DNA from: Alphaproteobacteria bacterium
Lineage (GTDB): Bacteria; Pseudomonadota; Alphaproteobacteria; UBA6615
Assembly (NCBI GenBank): GCA_003230015.1
Contig: QIGO01000221.1
Span: 2,449 to 66,448, forward strand
Direction: 5' to 3'
DNA length: 64,000 bases
Part shown: positions 55,832 to 64,000 of the stretch, piece by piece
Position numbering within the stretch: the stretch's first letter is position 1
Layout: each line of letters begins with the position of its first letter
Program-made: the position numbers and the translations under genes
Notes under the pieces: model-generated
Database searches by the model: none
Told to the model about the DNA's origin: nothing
Seen by the model: the letters and a program-made list of their open reading frames with translations, nothing else

Positions 55832-55847
55832 GTTAACGCGTTGTTAC
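55832..55847 (-). promoter_or_regulatory. CtrA-like binding site at the clpP stop / clpX upstream region
   Basis: Minus strand GTAA-CAACGCG-TTAAC (TTAA-N7-TTAAC with one mismatch). Confidence 0.45.
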
Positions 55848-56491
55848 CCCTTGCTTGCCGGACTGTCCTCATCGTCGCCCGGCACCTCTCTTTTCGACAC
55901 CACTTCGTCGATCAGGCCGAATTCCTTAGCCTCATCGGGTGAATAGAAGCGGTCGCGTTCCATGGCATCGCCGATCTGGTCCAGCGATCTGCCGCAATGC
56001 TTTGCATAGATCCCGTTCAGCCGCTCGCGCACGGCCAGAATTTCCTTGGCATGGATTTCAATATCCGTCGCCTGACCCTGAAATCCCCCTGATGGCTGAT
56101 GTACCATGATTCGCGAATTGGGCAGCGAGTAACGCTTGCCGCTGGCCCCCGCCGCCAGCAGCAACGACCCGGCCGACGCCGCTTGACCGATACACAGCGT
56201 GGCGATATCGGGCCGGATATATTGCATGGTATCGTATATCGACAACCCGGACGTCACCACGCCGCCGGGCGAATTGATATACAGCGATATATCCTTGGTC
56301 GGATTATCCGCTTCGAGAAACAGCAACTGAGCACACACCAGGCTCGACATGCCGTCCTCGATCGTGCCGGTCAGAAAGATAATCCGCTCTTTCAGCAAAC
56401 GTGAGAAAATATCATAGGCACGTTCGCCGCGGTTTGTCTGCTCCACCACCATGGGGACGAGATTCATATATTCCTTAACCGGGTCACCCAT
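55844..56491 (-). CDS. clpP: ATP-dependent Clp protease proteolytic subunit
   Basis: [35 protein letters not shown]. Confidence 0.98.
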   Translation of the reverse strand: MGDPVKEYMNLVPMVVEQTNRGERAYDIFSRLLKERIIFLTGTIEDGMSSLVCAQLLFLEADNPTKDISLYINSPGGVVTSGLSIYDTMQYIRPDIATLCIGQAASAGSLLLAAGASGKRYSLPNSRIMVHQPSGGFQGQATDIEIHAKEILAVRERLNGIYAKHCGRSLDQIGDAMERDRFYSPDEAKEFGLIDEVVSKREVPGDDEDSPASKG

Positions 56492-56543
56492 ACGGTAAGA
56501 TCCTTGCTGGGGTTCGTGTGGTGTTTACAGTCATCACGGGCCG

Positions 56544-57947
56544 TCAGGAGCCGCTCTTCTTCGCCTTGGTCTTGGACGCCTTCTTTTTCGCCGTTTTCTT
56601 CGGCTTATCGGCGTCTGCTTCGCCCTCCTCGTCCATTGGCTTGAGCAGGATTTCGGCGGTGACTTCGGTATCGCTCACCTGGGCCATCTCGACGATGAAG
56701 TCAACGACTTTGTCCTCGAATACAGGCGCCTGCAGCCCGGCCCGGGCCTGCGGATTTGAACGGAAGAAATCGATCACCTTCTGCTCTTCGCCAGGATATT
56801 TCCGCGCCTCCTCCATCATCGCCCGGTTCAACTCCTCCTGCGAAACGCTAATATCGTTTGCCTCACCGATCGCCGAAAGGACAAGGCCTAACCGCACGCG
56901 CCGCCCGGCGATTTTGCGATACTGGGCCTTCAGCTCATCTTCATCTTTTGCGGCATCTTCGGCATCGAGCTGACCCTTTTTCTTAGCTTCCTCGATCTGC
57001 GCCCAAATCGACTCGAACTCAGCCTCGAGCATCCCTTCCGGTGCCTCGAGTTCATGTCCCGCCTCAAGTTTATCGAGCAAATCTCGCTTCAGCTTGCCCC
57101 GCGACGTCTGGGCATATTCCCGGCTCATTTGTTCGCGCACCGCATTCTTCAGCGCGTCAAGCCCTTCCAAACCGGCCGCCTTCGCCAGGTCGTCATCTAC
57201 TTTGGTCTCGACGCGTTCACGCAACTCCTTGAATTCGCAACTGAAAACCACATCCTTACTGGCAAGTTTTTTGACGGTGTAATCCTCGGGAAAGGTGACA
57301 TTCACGTCGAACTTATCGCCGGCCTTATGGCCGATGACTTGCTCCTCGAAGCCCGGGATCAGGCTGTTGGAGCCTAACTCAAGTTCGAAATCCGTCGCTG
57401 CCCCGCCATCGAATGCCTCGCCATTGAGCCGCCCTTCAAAATCGATAACCGCCAGCTCGCCCGATTTGGCCGCCCTCTCATTGGCGACAGGTTCGTAGGC
57501 CTTGTGCGCACTCGCCAGCCGCCCCAGCGCCTTTTCCAGGTCTGCATCCGTCACTTCCGCCTTCAGGCGTTCGAGTTTCAGGCTCGACAGATCCATCACC
57601 GTAATATCGGGCAACAATTCCACCGACAGGTCGTACTCAAGATCCTTGCCGTCATCGAATGACGTAATCTCGATTTTCGGCTGCCCCGCTGGGCGCAAGC
57701 CCCGCTCTTCCAGCAATTTCGCCGAGCTGTCGCGCACCGTGCCTTCGAGCACCTCGGCCATCACCGACGATCCAAAGCGCTGCTTCAGGATCGCCATTGG
57801 GATTTTCCCTGGCCTGAAGCCCGGGATACGGGCCTTCTGTCCGACCTCTGACAAGCGCGTCTGAACCTTCGAATCGATGTCGGCTGCCGCCACCACGATC
57901 TGATAGCCGCGCTTAAGGCCCTCGTTACTCTTTTCGGTGACCTGCAT
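56544..57947 (-). CDS. tig: Trigger factor
   Basis: IPGFRPGK ribosome-binding motif, FKBP domain (IDFEG, IPGFEEQ, VTFPEDY); Lys-rich tail. Confidence 0.97.
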   Translation of the reverse strand: MQVTEKSNEGLKRGYQIVVAAADIDSKVQTRLSEVGQKARIPGFRPGKIPMAILKQRFGSSVMAEVLEGTVRDSSAKLLEERGLRPAGQPKIEITSFDDGKDLEYDLSVELLPDITVMDLSSLKLERLKAEVTDADLEKALGRLASAHKAYEPVANERAAKSGELAVIDFEGRLNGEAFDGGAATDFELELGSNSLIPGFEEQVIGHKAGDKFDVNVTFPEDYTVKKLASKDVVFSCEFKELRERVETKVDDDLAKAAGLEGLDALKNAVREQMSREYAQTSRGKLKRDLLDKLEAGHELEAPEGMLEAEFESIWAQIEEAKKKGQLDAEDAAKDEDELKAQYRKIAGRRVRLGLVLSAIGEANDISVSQEELNRAMMEEARKYPGEEQKVIDFFRSNPQARAGLQAPVFEDKVVDFIVEMAQVSDTEVTAEILLKPMDEEGEADADKPKKTAKKKASKTKAKKSGS

Positions 57948-58026
57948 TTTTCAGTCTTCTTTTTCGCCTATGACCAACCCAGCCCAGGATAATCAACCAT
58001 CACCGCGGACCGGTCCGAATCACCGC

Positions 58027-58113
58027 TGGTGCGGGCGAAGGGACTTGAACCCCCACGACCTCACGGCCACCAGGACCTAAACCTGGCGCGTCTACCAATT
58101 CCGCCACGCCCGC
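58027..58113 (-). tRNA. tRNA-Leu (TAG)
   Basis: GCGGGCGTGGCGGAATTGGTAGACGCG CCAGG-TTTAGGT-CCTGG, long variable arm, GGTTCAAGTCC, CCA end. Confidence 0.97.
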
Positions 58114-58231
58114 TCCGGTACTGCCGCCAGCCATTTGCTGGCACGTCGATCGGAAGCGGTTTCCTATACCATCCACGCAATATAGTAAACACGCGCGAAT
58201 ATAAGCCCACAGGCGACATTCCGACACGCCC

Positions 58232-59743
58232 CTAGGATGTTTCAATCAGTTCCGCCAGTCCGCGCAAGGCTGCCGGCAGGCAATCCACCAAATCATCCGC
58301 GATTATCCCCAATCCGAACCTGCTGGCGGCTTCCCCGTGCAGCCAGGTGCCGGCGCCCGCCGCATCGAGCGCCGGCATGCCTTGGGCGATCAATCCGGTA
58401 ATCAGCCCGGCCAGCACGTCGCCGGCCCCCGCTGTCGCCAAACTCGCCGGCGCGTTGTCGTTAATCAGCGCCAGACCACGGGCATCGGCAATCACCGTAT
58501 CGGCCCCTTTCAGTAGGACGACGGCACCGCTCGCGGCCGCCGCGGCGCGCACCCGCGCCAACTTGTCGCGGCCGGGCACGTCGGCGCCCTCCCCCCCGAA
58601 CAACCGGCCAAATTCGCCTTCGTGGGGTGTCAACACACAATTGCCGCGGATCGCCCCGAACAGATCCGGTGCGCAGCCGGCGAAAACCGACAAGGCATCG
58701 GCATCGAGAACACAACTTTTCCCCATTGCCAGTGCTGCCAACACCCGCGACCGCGTCTCGGCGCTCACCCCATTTCCCGGACCCAACAGCAGCCCGGTGA
58801 CCCGCGGGTCGGCCACCAAACGCTCAAAATCGGCCCCATCGGCAACATCGCGAACCATCACACTGGCCACCCCTGCCCGATAGACGGCTGCTGCCTGCGG
58901 CGGACTGGCGAGTGTCACCAGCCCCGCGCCGCCGCGCAAAGCCGCGACCGCCGCCAGCCGGGCGGCTCCGGTGGCACTCTCACCGCCCTGCACGACAGCG
59001 TGACCCCGGGAGTATTTATGGCCTTCCGCACGCGGCCAGGGAAAATTCCGCCCCCAAATCACTGGATCGTTGGCAAAACACTGTGGCCCTATCTCCGTCA
59101 AGACGGACCCCGGTATGCCGATATCCGCGACGCTTACCGCCCCGCACAGGGTCCGCCCCGGCAGCAGAAGATGCCCTGTTTTGCGCCGAAAAAAGGTAAC
59201 CGTCTCCACCGCCGGCGCTGCCACGCCCCATACGGCCCCTGTGTTCCCGTCGACACCGCTGGGGACATCCACCGCCACCACCGGCAGCTTGGCCGCCGCC
59301 AGGGCCTCGACGACGTCACCGGCAAGACCATCGACAGCCCGGCTCAGGCCGGCACCGAATATCGCATCGACAGCCAGCGCCGCACCATCCAGGAGACCTC
59401 GAGACAACGCTTCCACCGGCCCCGCCCAGCCATCGGCGGCCCGCGCTGCGTCCCCCCTCGGCCGGGCCCGGTCTCCCAGCAGGCCAAGCCGGACGGATCG
59501 CCCGGCTTCCGCCAACAGCCGCGCCGCGACAAAGCCGTCGCCGCCATTGTTGCCGGGACCACAGAGAATACAGACCAGATCATCGCCTGAAGTCCTCTTC
59601 AGCACGGCCTCGGCGACCGCCTTGCCGGCGGCCTCCATCAACGCCATCCCCGAAACCCCGGCGGCCACGGCCGCCCCATCGGCGCGGCTCATCTCCGCCA
59701 CCGAAAGCAACGCCATGCTGCCCGGCATGTGATCTCGATCCAT
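58232..59743 (-). CDS. nnr: Bifunctional NAD(P)H-hydrate epimerase/dehydratase
   Basis: LMEAAG, CGPGNNGGDG, DAIFGAG, VDVPSG; HKYSRG, LDADAL, TPHEGEF, LATAGAGDVLAG; start uncertain (59716-59770). Confidence 0.95.
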   Translation of the reverse strand: MDRDHMPGSMALLSVAEMSRADGAAVAAGVSGMALMEAAGKAVAEAVLKRTSGDDLVCILCGPGNNGGDGFVAARLLAEAGRSVRLGLLGDRARPRGDAARAADGWAGPVEALSRGLLDGAALAVDAIFGAGLSRAVDGLAGDVVEALAAAKLPVVAVDVPSGVDGNTGAVWGVAAPAVETVTFFRRKTGHLLLPGRTLCGAVSVADIGIPGSVLTEIGPQCFANDPVIWGRNFPWPRAEGHKYSRGHAVVQGGESATGAARLAAVAALRGGAGLVTLASPPQAAAVYRAGVASVMVRDVADGADFERLVADPRVTGLLLGPGNGVSAETRSRVLAALAMGKSCVLDADALSVFAGCAPDLFGAIRGNCVLTPHEGEFGRLFGGEGADVPGRDKLARVRAAAAASGAVVLLKGADTVIADARGLALINDNAPASLATAGAGDVLAGLITGLIAQGMPALDAAGAGTWLHGEAASRFGLGIIADDLVDCLPAALRGLAELIETS

Positions 59744-59796
59744 CGACACCCGGATTGATTTTCGCGACACTATTCTAGGACGAAATGCTGGCCCGG

Positions 59797-60453
59797 TCAG
59801 CGCCCAAGTGCGGCGACATTGACCACGCCGCCACGATCCTCGTCACAAGGCGCCAACACATTCTCTATGTCGCGACATAAGCGCAACGGCCAGACCTGCG
59901 TTATCCCCGCCGCCGCAACCGCCCCGGGCCCCGCCGCGGTGACCACCCGATAGACAACCTCGCCGTCTACGGTCGCCGGCACGACCTCCGGGTTAAGCAT
60001 CGGATTCTGTTGCAGGAAGCGCTCTGTATTGACCCAATACGAAAAACTGCCAACAACCACATAGTTGGCATCGCTGACCACCGTCTCGGGCGCCGGCTCG
60101 TCATAGCTGCCCGTGGTCTCCAACGCCGCCACCGGTCCCCAACGCGGCTCGCTCCGCCTCGGCGCCACGGCAGCACCGATTGTGCCGCTCTCGTCCGCCG
60201 CCGGCGCCTCGGCCAACGCCAGCGTCTCAAAACCGTCCCCAACATCATCGCGGCACAATGCAGCCCCTGTGAGCACCCGATGCAGCGCGCAGTCACGCTG
60301 CACCGCCGCCGAAAGTACCTGATCTGTCAAACTCTTGCCGTATGTCACATAACTGATGCCATCGGCGGCATAGGAAGCCACAATCAGCGCCGGCGGCAAA
60401 CCGCAACCGGTTAGCAGTATCAACGGCGCCAATATCCCTATTCGCAGCTTCAT
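59797..60453 (-). CDS. Putative lipoprotein with degenerate C-terminal SPOR-like domain
   Basis: Lipobox LLTGC; GKSLTD..S....DC motif; YVVVGSF..N...F and YRV resemble SPOR. Confidence 0.7.
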   Translation of the reverse strand: MKLRIGILAPLILLTGCGLPPALIVASYAADGISYVTYGKSLTDQVLSAAVQRDCALHRVLTGAALCRDDVGDGFETLALAEAPAADESGTIGAAVAPRRSEPRWGPVAALETTGSYDEPAPETVVSDANYVVVGSFSYWVNTERFLQQNPMLNPEVVPATVDGEVVYRVVTAAGPGAVAAAGITQVWPLRLCRDIENVLAPCDEDRGGVVNVAALGR

Positions 60454-60684
60454 GGATACGCGTCCGAGCCCGGATTGTGATGAACCGGCACATGGTTAAC
60501 GCCGGTTACAGGAGACACCACCACTTTAGTGGTATTTCCGCGCACAAGAACCTAGTCAAAAGAGGTACCCACATGGCTCAAAGGGCATATCGCGGTTTTT
60601 CCACGACTAACGACGGCAGAAAAGCGTTCAACGAACCACGCCCGCCCTGTAAGAGTGCCACCCGGACCATCGAGGGAAATCCGG

Positions 60685-61608
60685 ATGTCTCGTTATCTCA
60701 TCACCGGCGGCGGTGGTTTCATCGGCTCGCATTTGGCCGAGGCCATGGTGGCCGCGGGCCATGACATTCGCATCCTCGACGACTTCTCCACCGGCAAGCG
60801 CGAGAACCTGCCGGCGGCAGCCGAACTGCGGGTCGGCAGCATCGCCGACGCTAGGATTGTCGAGACCGCTATGGCCGGCGTCGACGGCTGTTTCCACTTG
60901 GCCGCAATTGCCTCGGTCCAACGGGCCACCGAGGATTGGCCTGGTGCCAGCCAAATCAATCTCACCGGCACCATTAACATATTCGATGCCGCACGCCGCG
61001 CCGCGAACGGCCCCTTGCCCGTGGTCTATGCATCGTCAGCGGCCGTCTACGGCGCCGCAAGCGCCACGCGCATAACCGAGGACCTGCCCAAGCAACCCAC
61101 CAGCGCGTATGGCGCCGACAAATTCGGCTGCGAACAGCACGCGCGCATTGGCGGCCAGATCTTTGGTTTGCCCACTTTCGGCTTACGTTTTTTCAATGTC
61201 TACGGCCCCCGCCAAGACCCCAGCTCGCCCTATTCCGGCGTCATTTCCATTTTCATGGATCGGGTCGCCAGCGGCGCGCCTATCACGATCTACGGCGATG
61301 GCGAGCAGCTGCGCGATTTCATCTACATCAGCGACGTCGTCGCCGCCATCCAGGCTGGCCTGAGCGCCGCCTCCACCGATGCGCCGGTCGCCAATATCTG
61401 TACCGGTGAGCCCACCACCATCAACCACCTGCTCGCGGTTATCGGCGACTGTTTCGGCACCGCGCCTCGGCCCGCCTACGCCCCCCCCCGGCCCGGAGAT
61501 ATCCAGCGCTCCCTGGGCGACAACGCGCTCGCCAAAAGATTGCTTGATTGGCGCCCGCGCGTAAGTTTGGCGGCAGGCCTGCGCAAATACCGCCAAAGCG
61601 GACATTAG
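60685..61608 (+). CDS. NAD-dependent nucleotide-sugar epimerase/dehydratase
   Basis: TGGGGFIGS, HLAA, ASSAAVYG, YGADK (YxxxK), RFFNVYGPRQ, RDFIY. Confidence 0.94.
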   Translation: MSRYLITGGGGFIGSHLAEAMVAAGHDIRILDDFSTGKRENLPAAAELRVGSIADARIVETAMAGVDGCFHLAAIASVQRATEDWPGASQINLTGTINIFDAARRAANGPLPVVYASSAAVYGAASATRITEDLPKQPTSAYGADKFGCEQHARIGGQIFGLPTFGLRFFNVYGPRQDPSSPYSGVISIFMDRVASGAPITIYGDGEQLRDFIYISDVVAAIQAGLSAASTDAPVANICTGEPTTINHLLAVIGDCFGTAPRPAYAPPRPGDIQRSLGDNALAKRLLDWRPRVSLAAGLRKYRQSGH

Positions 61609-61736
61609 GCGTATATTTCGAGCAATTTTGCCAACATCGCGGGGAGTACGGATTTACTTCTTGCAAGATGTCAACGTGACTTCCCCAGTCATATGATCGG
61701 GCCGCGTTTTTTACCTGACATATGAGACCCCGAAAC

Positions 61737-63677
61737 ATGTGCGGCATAGCAGGCTGGATTTGCGCCAGCGGTCGGGCGCCGGCGCGACAGCGCTTGATCG
61801 CCATGACATCGGCCATCCATCATCGCGGCCCCGACGATGCCGGCCATTTCCACACCCAGACTGCCGACGCCCGTTACGGCATCGCCCTAGGCTTTCGCCG
61901 GCTCTCCATCATCGACATCGCCGGCGGCGCCCAGCCCATGCAAGACCCGTCCGGCAACCACACCATAATCTTCAACGGCGAGATTTATAATTTCCAGGCT
62001 CTCAGGCGCGATCTCCAGGCCGCGGGCCACCAATTCCGCACCCGCTCCGATACCGAGGTCATTCTCCACGCTTATGATGAATATGGCGACGCCTTCGTCG
62101 GCAAGCTACGCGGCATGTTCGCCATCGCCCTCTGGGACCGCCGCCGGCAGCGCCTCATCCTCGCCCGCGATCCATTCGGCAAGAAGCCGCTATTCTTGCA
62201 CCAGAGCGGCCAGAATCTCTTCTTCGCTTCGGAGATAAAGAGCCTCCTGGTCAATCCCGAGATCGCCGCTTCGGTCGATCGGGACGCGGTTTGGCAGTAT
62301 CTCGCCTACCGCTATGTGCCCGGCCCCGCCACCCTGTTCCAGGACATCACGAAACTGCCCCCCGGCACCCTCGCGGTTTGGCAGCGCGGCCGCTTGACCA
62401 CCCAGCGTTATTACACCCCGCCCGACGCCCGCGAAAAACGGCCCCGGCTGCCCGCCGCCACCAGCCCGGTCGATGCTTTTCTGAGTGCACTGGAAGAAGC
62501 CGTCCGCATCCGCATGATCGCCGACGTGCCCGTCGGCGCCTTCCTCTCCGGCGGCATCGACTCGTCCGCCGTGGTCGGTCTCATGAGCCGCCACAGCCCC
62601 CACCCGGTTAAGACTTTCGCCGCCGGTTTCGACGAGTCCCAATATAGCGAGCTTGATCACGCCGCCCTAATCGCCAAACAATTCGGCGCCGATCATCACG
62701 AACACCGCATTCGTCCCGACGACTTGATGGGTGAACTGCCCGGCCTGGTCCAGTTCCGCGACGCCCCCGTCGCCGAGCCCACCGACATTCCCATCTTCAT
62801 GTTGGCCCGCGAGGCCAGCAAGACCGTCACCGTGGTCCTGACCGGAGAGGGTTCTGACGAATTGCTCGGCGGTTATCCCAAACACCTCTACCAGCGCTAC
62901 GCCAAGACCTATCAGACCTTGGTGCCGTCTCTGCTCCATGACCGGCTGGTCATGCCCCTCACCCGGGCCCTTCCCTACCGCCTCCGCCGCGCCAAGACCG
63001 CCATCACCAACCTTGGCCTGCGCGACCCCCGCGATCAGCTTCCGCGCTGGTTCGGCGCCCTGTCCTGGGCCGAACGAGACCGCCTCGCCGCCCTCCCGCC
63101 GCCATCCCGGTCGGCACCGGGGCAAACCCAGTTCCATTTCCCGGCCGGCAACTCGGCCTTGCGCAACATCCTCATGTTCGACCAGTTGAGTTGGCTGCCC
63201 GACAACCTCCTGGAACGCGGCGACCGCATGACTATGGCGGCCTCCATCGAGGCCCGCATGCCCTTCATGGATACCGAACTCGCCGAATTCATTTCCGCCT
63301 TGCCCGACAACCAGCGCATTCGCGGTCGCCAAACCAAATGGATCCTCCGCCAGGCCATGGAGCAAATCTTGCCGCCTTCGACCTTGCAGCGGCCCAAGGT
63401 CGGTTTCCGTGTCCCCGTCAATGAATGGTTCCAGGGCGACCTCGGCGCCTATCTCGTCGATCTCGTCCTCGGCCCCAAATCCTGCACCCGCGACTATTAC
63501 CGGCCTGAAATCCTGCGCCGGCGCATCGATGAACATCGCAGCGCCCGCCAGAACCACGAAAAGCTGTTATGGTCGATCCTCAATCTAGAGCTTTTCCACC
63601 GTCACTGCCTAAACCGGCCCCAGGCCGAATCAGCCCCGGATATCGCGCCTCAGGCCCTCCGCAGCAGCGCCCGGTAG
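61737..63677 (+). CDS. asnB: Asparagine synthase (glutamine-hydrolysing)-family amidotransferase
   Basis: MCGIAG N-terminal nucleophile, HRGPD, RLSIID, FNGEIYN, FLSGGIDSS, LTGEGSDE, DRMTMA.SIEAR.P. Confidence 0.93.
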   Translation: MCGIAGWICASGRAPARQRLIAMTSAIHHRGPDDAGHFHTQTADARYGIALGFRRLSIIDIAGGAQPMQDPSGNHTIIFNGEIYNFQALRRDLQAAGHQFRTRSDTEVILHAYDEYGDAFVGKLRGMFAIALWDRRRQRLILARDPFGKKPLFLHQSGQNLFFASEIKSLLVNPEIAASVDRDAVWQYLAYRYVPGPATLFQDITKLPPGTLAVWQRGRLTTQRYYTPPDAREKRPRLPAATSPVDAFLSALEEAVRIRMIADVPVGAFLSGGIDSSAVVGLMSRHSPHPVKTFAAGFDESQYSELDHAALIAKQFGADHHEHRIRPDDLMGELPGLVQFRDAPVAEPTDIPIFMLAREASKTVTVVLTGEGSDELLGGYPKHLYQRYAKTYQTLVPSLLHDRLVMPLTRALPYRLRRAKTAITNLGLRDPRDQLPRWFGALSWAERDRLAALPPPSRSAPGQTQFHFPAGNSALRNILMFDQLSWLPDNLLERGDRMTMAASIEARMPFMDTELAEFISALPDNQRIRGRQTKWILRQAMEQILPPSTLQRPKVGFRVPVNEWFQGDLGAYLVDLVLGPKSCTRDYYRPEILRRRIDEHRSARQNHEKLLWSILNLELFHRHCLNRPQAESAPDIAPQALRSSAR

Positions 63678-64000
63678 ACCCAGTCCACATCCCCCCGCGT
63701 CGGCAGGAACAGGCTCGCCACGCCAATGCCCAGCTCCCGGCGGGCCCAGTAGACCAGCAAACCGAAGCCCACCATATTGGTGATAAAGACCGCCAGCGCC
63801 GCGCCGAAAATACCCATCGCCGGCAGCAGCACCGCCAACAGCCCCGCCAGCACCGCGACCGCGATCATCTCCGCCTTGCCCACCAGTATGGCGCGGTCAT
63901 GGGCCAGGAACCCGGCCGCGAACAGCATCTTCCCGGCCAGCGGAATATTACCCAGGATCAGCAGATTGACGATCCCCGCCGCCGGCAGGAATTCCGCCCC
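63650..64000 (-). CDS. C-terminus of a probable Wzx-type oligosaccharide flippase (5'-truncated by window edge)
   Basis: Frame open to 64000: GAEFLPAA..LLILG...LLPAMGIFGAALA, consecutive TM helices typical of polysaccharide biosynthesis/export proteins. Confidence 0.7.
   Translation of the reverse strand, partial: GAEFLPAAGIVNLLILGNIPLAGKMLFAAGFLAHDRAILVGKAEMIAVAVLAGLLAVLLPAMGIFGAALAVFITNMVGFGLLVYWARRELGIGVASLFLPTRGDVDWVYRALLRRA

Noticed and set aside
60494..60510. GGTTAACGCCGGTTAC as a CtrA site
   Set aside because: Half-site spacing is 6 rather than 7; only one good half-site

Overview
GC-rich alphaproteobacterial chromosome segment (gene order and protein styles are Rhodospirillales-like; this taxonomy is an inference). 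It is almost entirely conserved core genome: moeA-lexA, comEC, gltX-gltA, the minus-strand rpsB-tsf-pyrH-frr-uppS-cdsA-rseP-bamA-skp-lpxD-fabZ-lpxA-lpxI-lpxB cluster, dnaE, lolD/lolCE, proS, mce, RNase J, coaX, birA, a full nuoA-N operon, three tRNAs (Asp-GTC, Val-TAC, Leu-TAG), hupB-lon-clpX-clpP-tig, nnr, and the start of a surface-polysaccharide locus (epimerase, AsnB-type amidotransferase, flippase). I found no CRISPR array, integrase, transposase or prophage gene, and no clearly new multi-gene system. The departures from the ordinary are: a 166-bp fully self-complementary MITE-like element inside the rpsB-tsf operon; dxr absent from its usual cdsA-rseP slot; nuoM broken by a frameshift; a decayed NCS2 purine-permease pseudogene; a small thiol-redox islet between two tRNAs; and candidate LexA and CtrA sites. 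All product calls come from motif recognition by eye, with no database searches.
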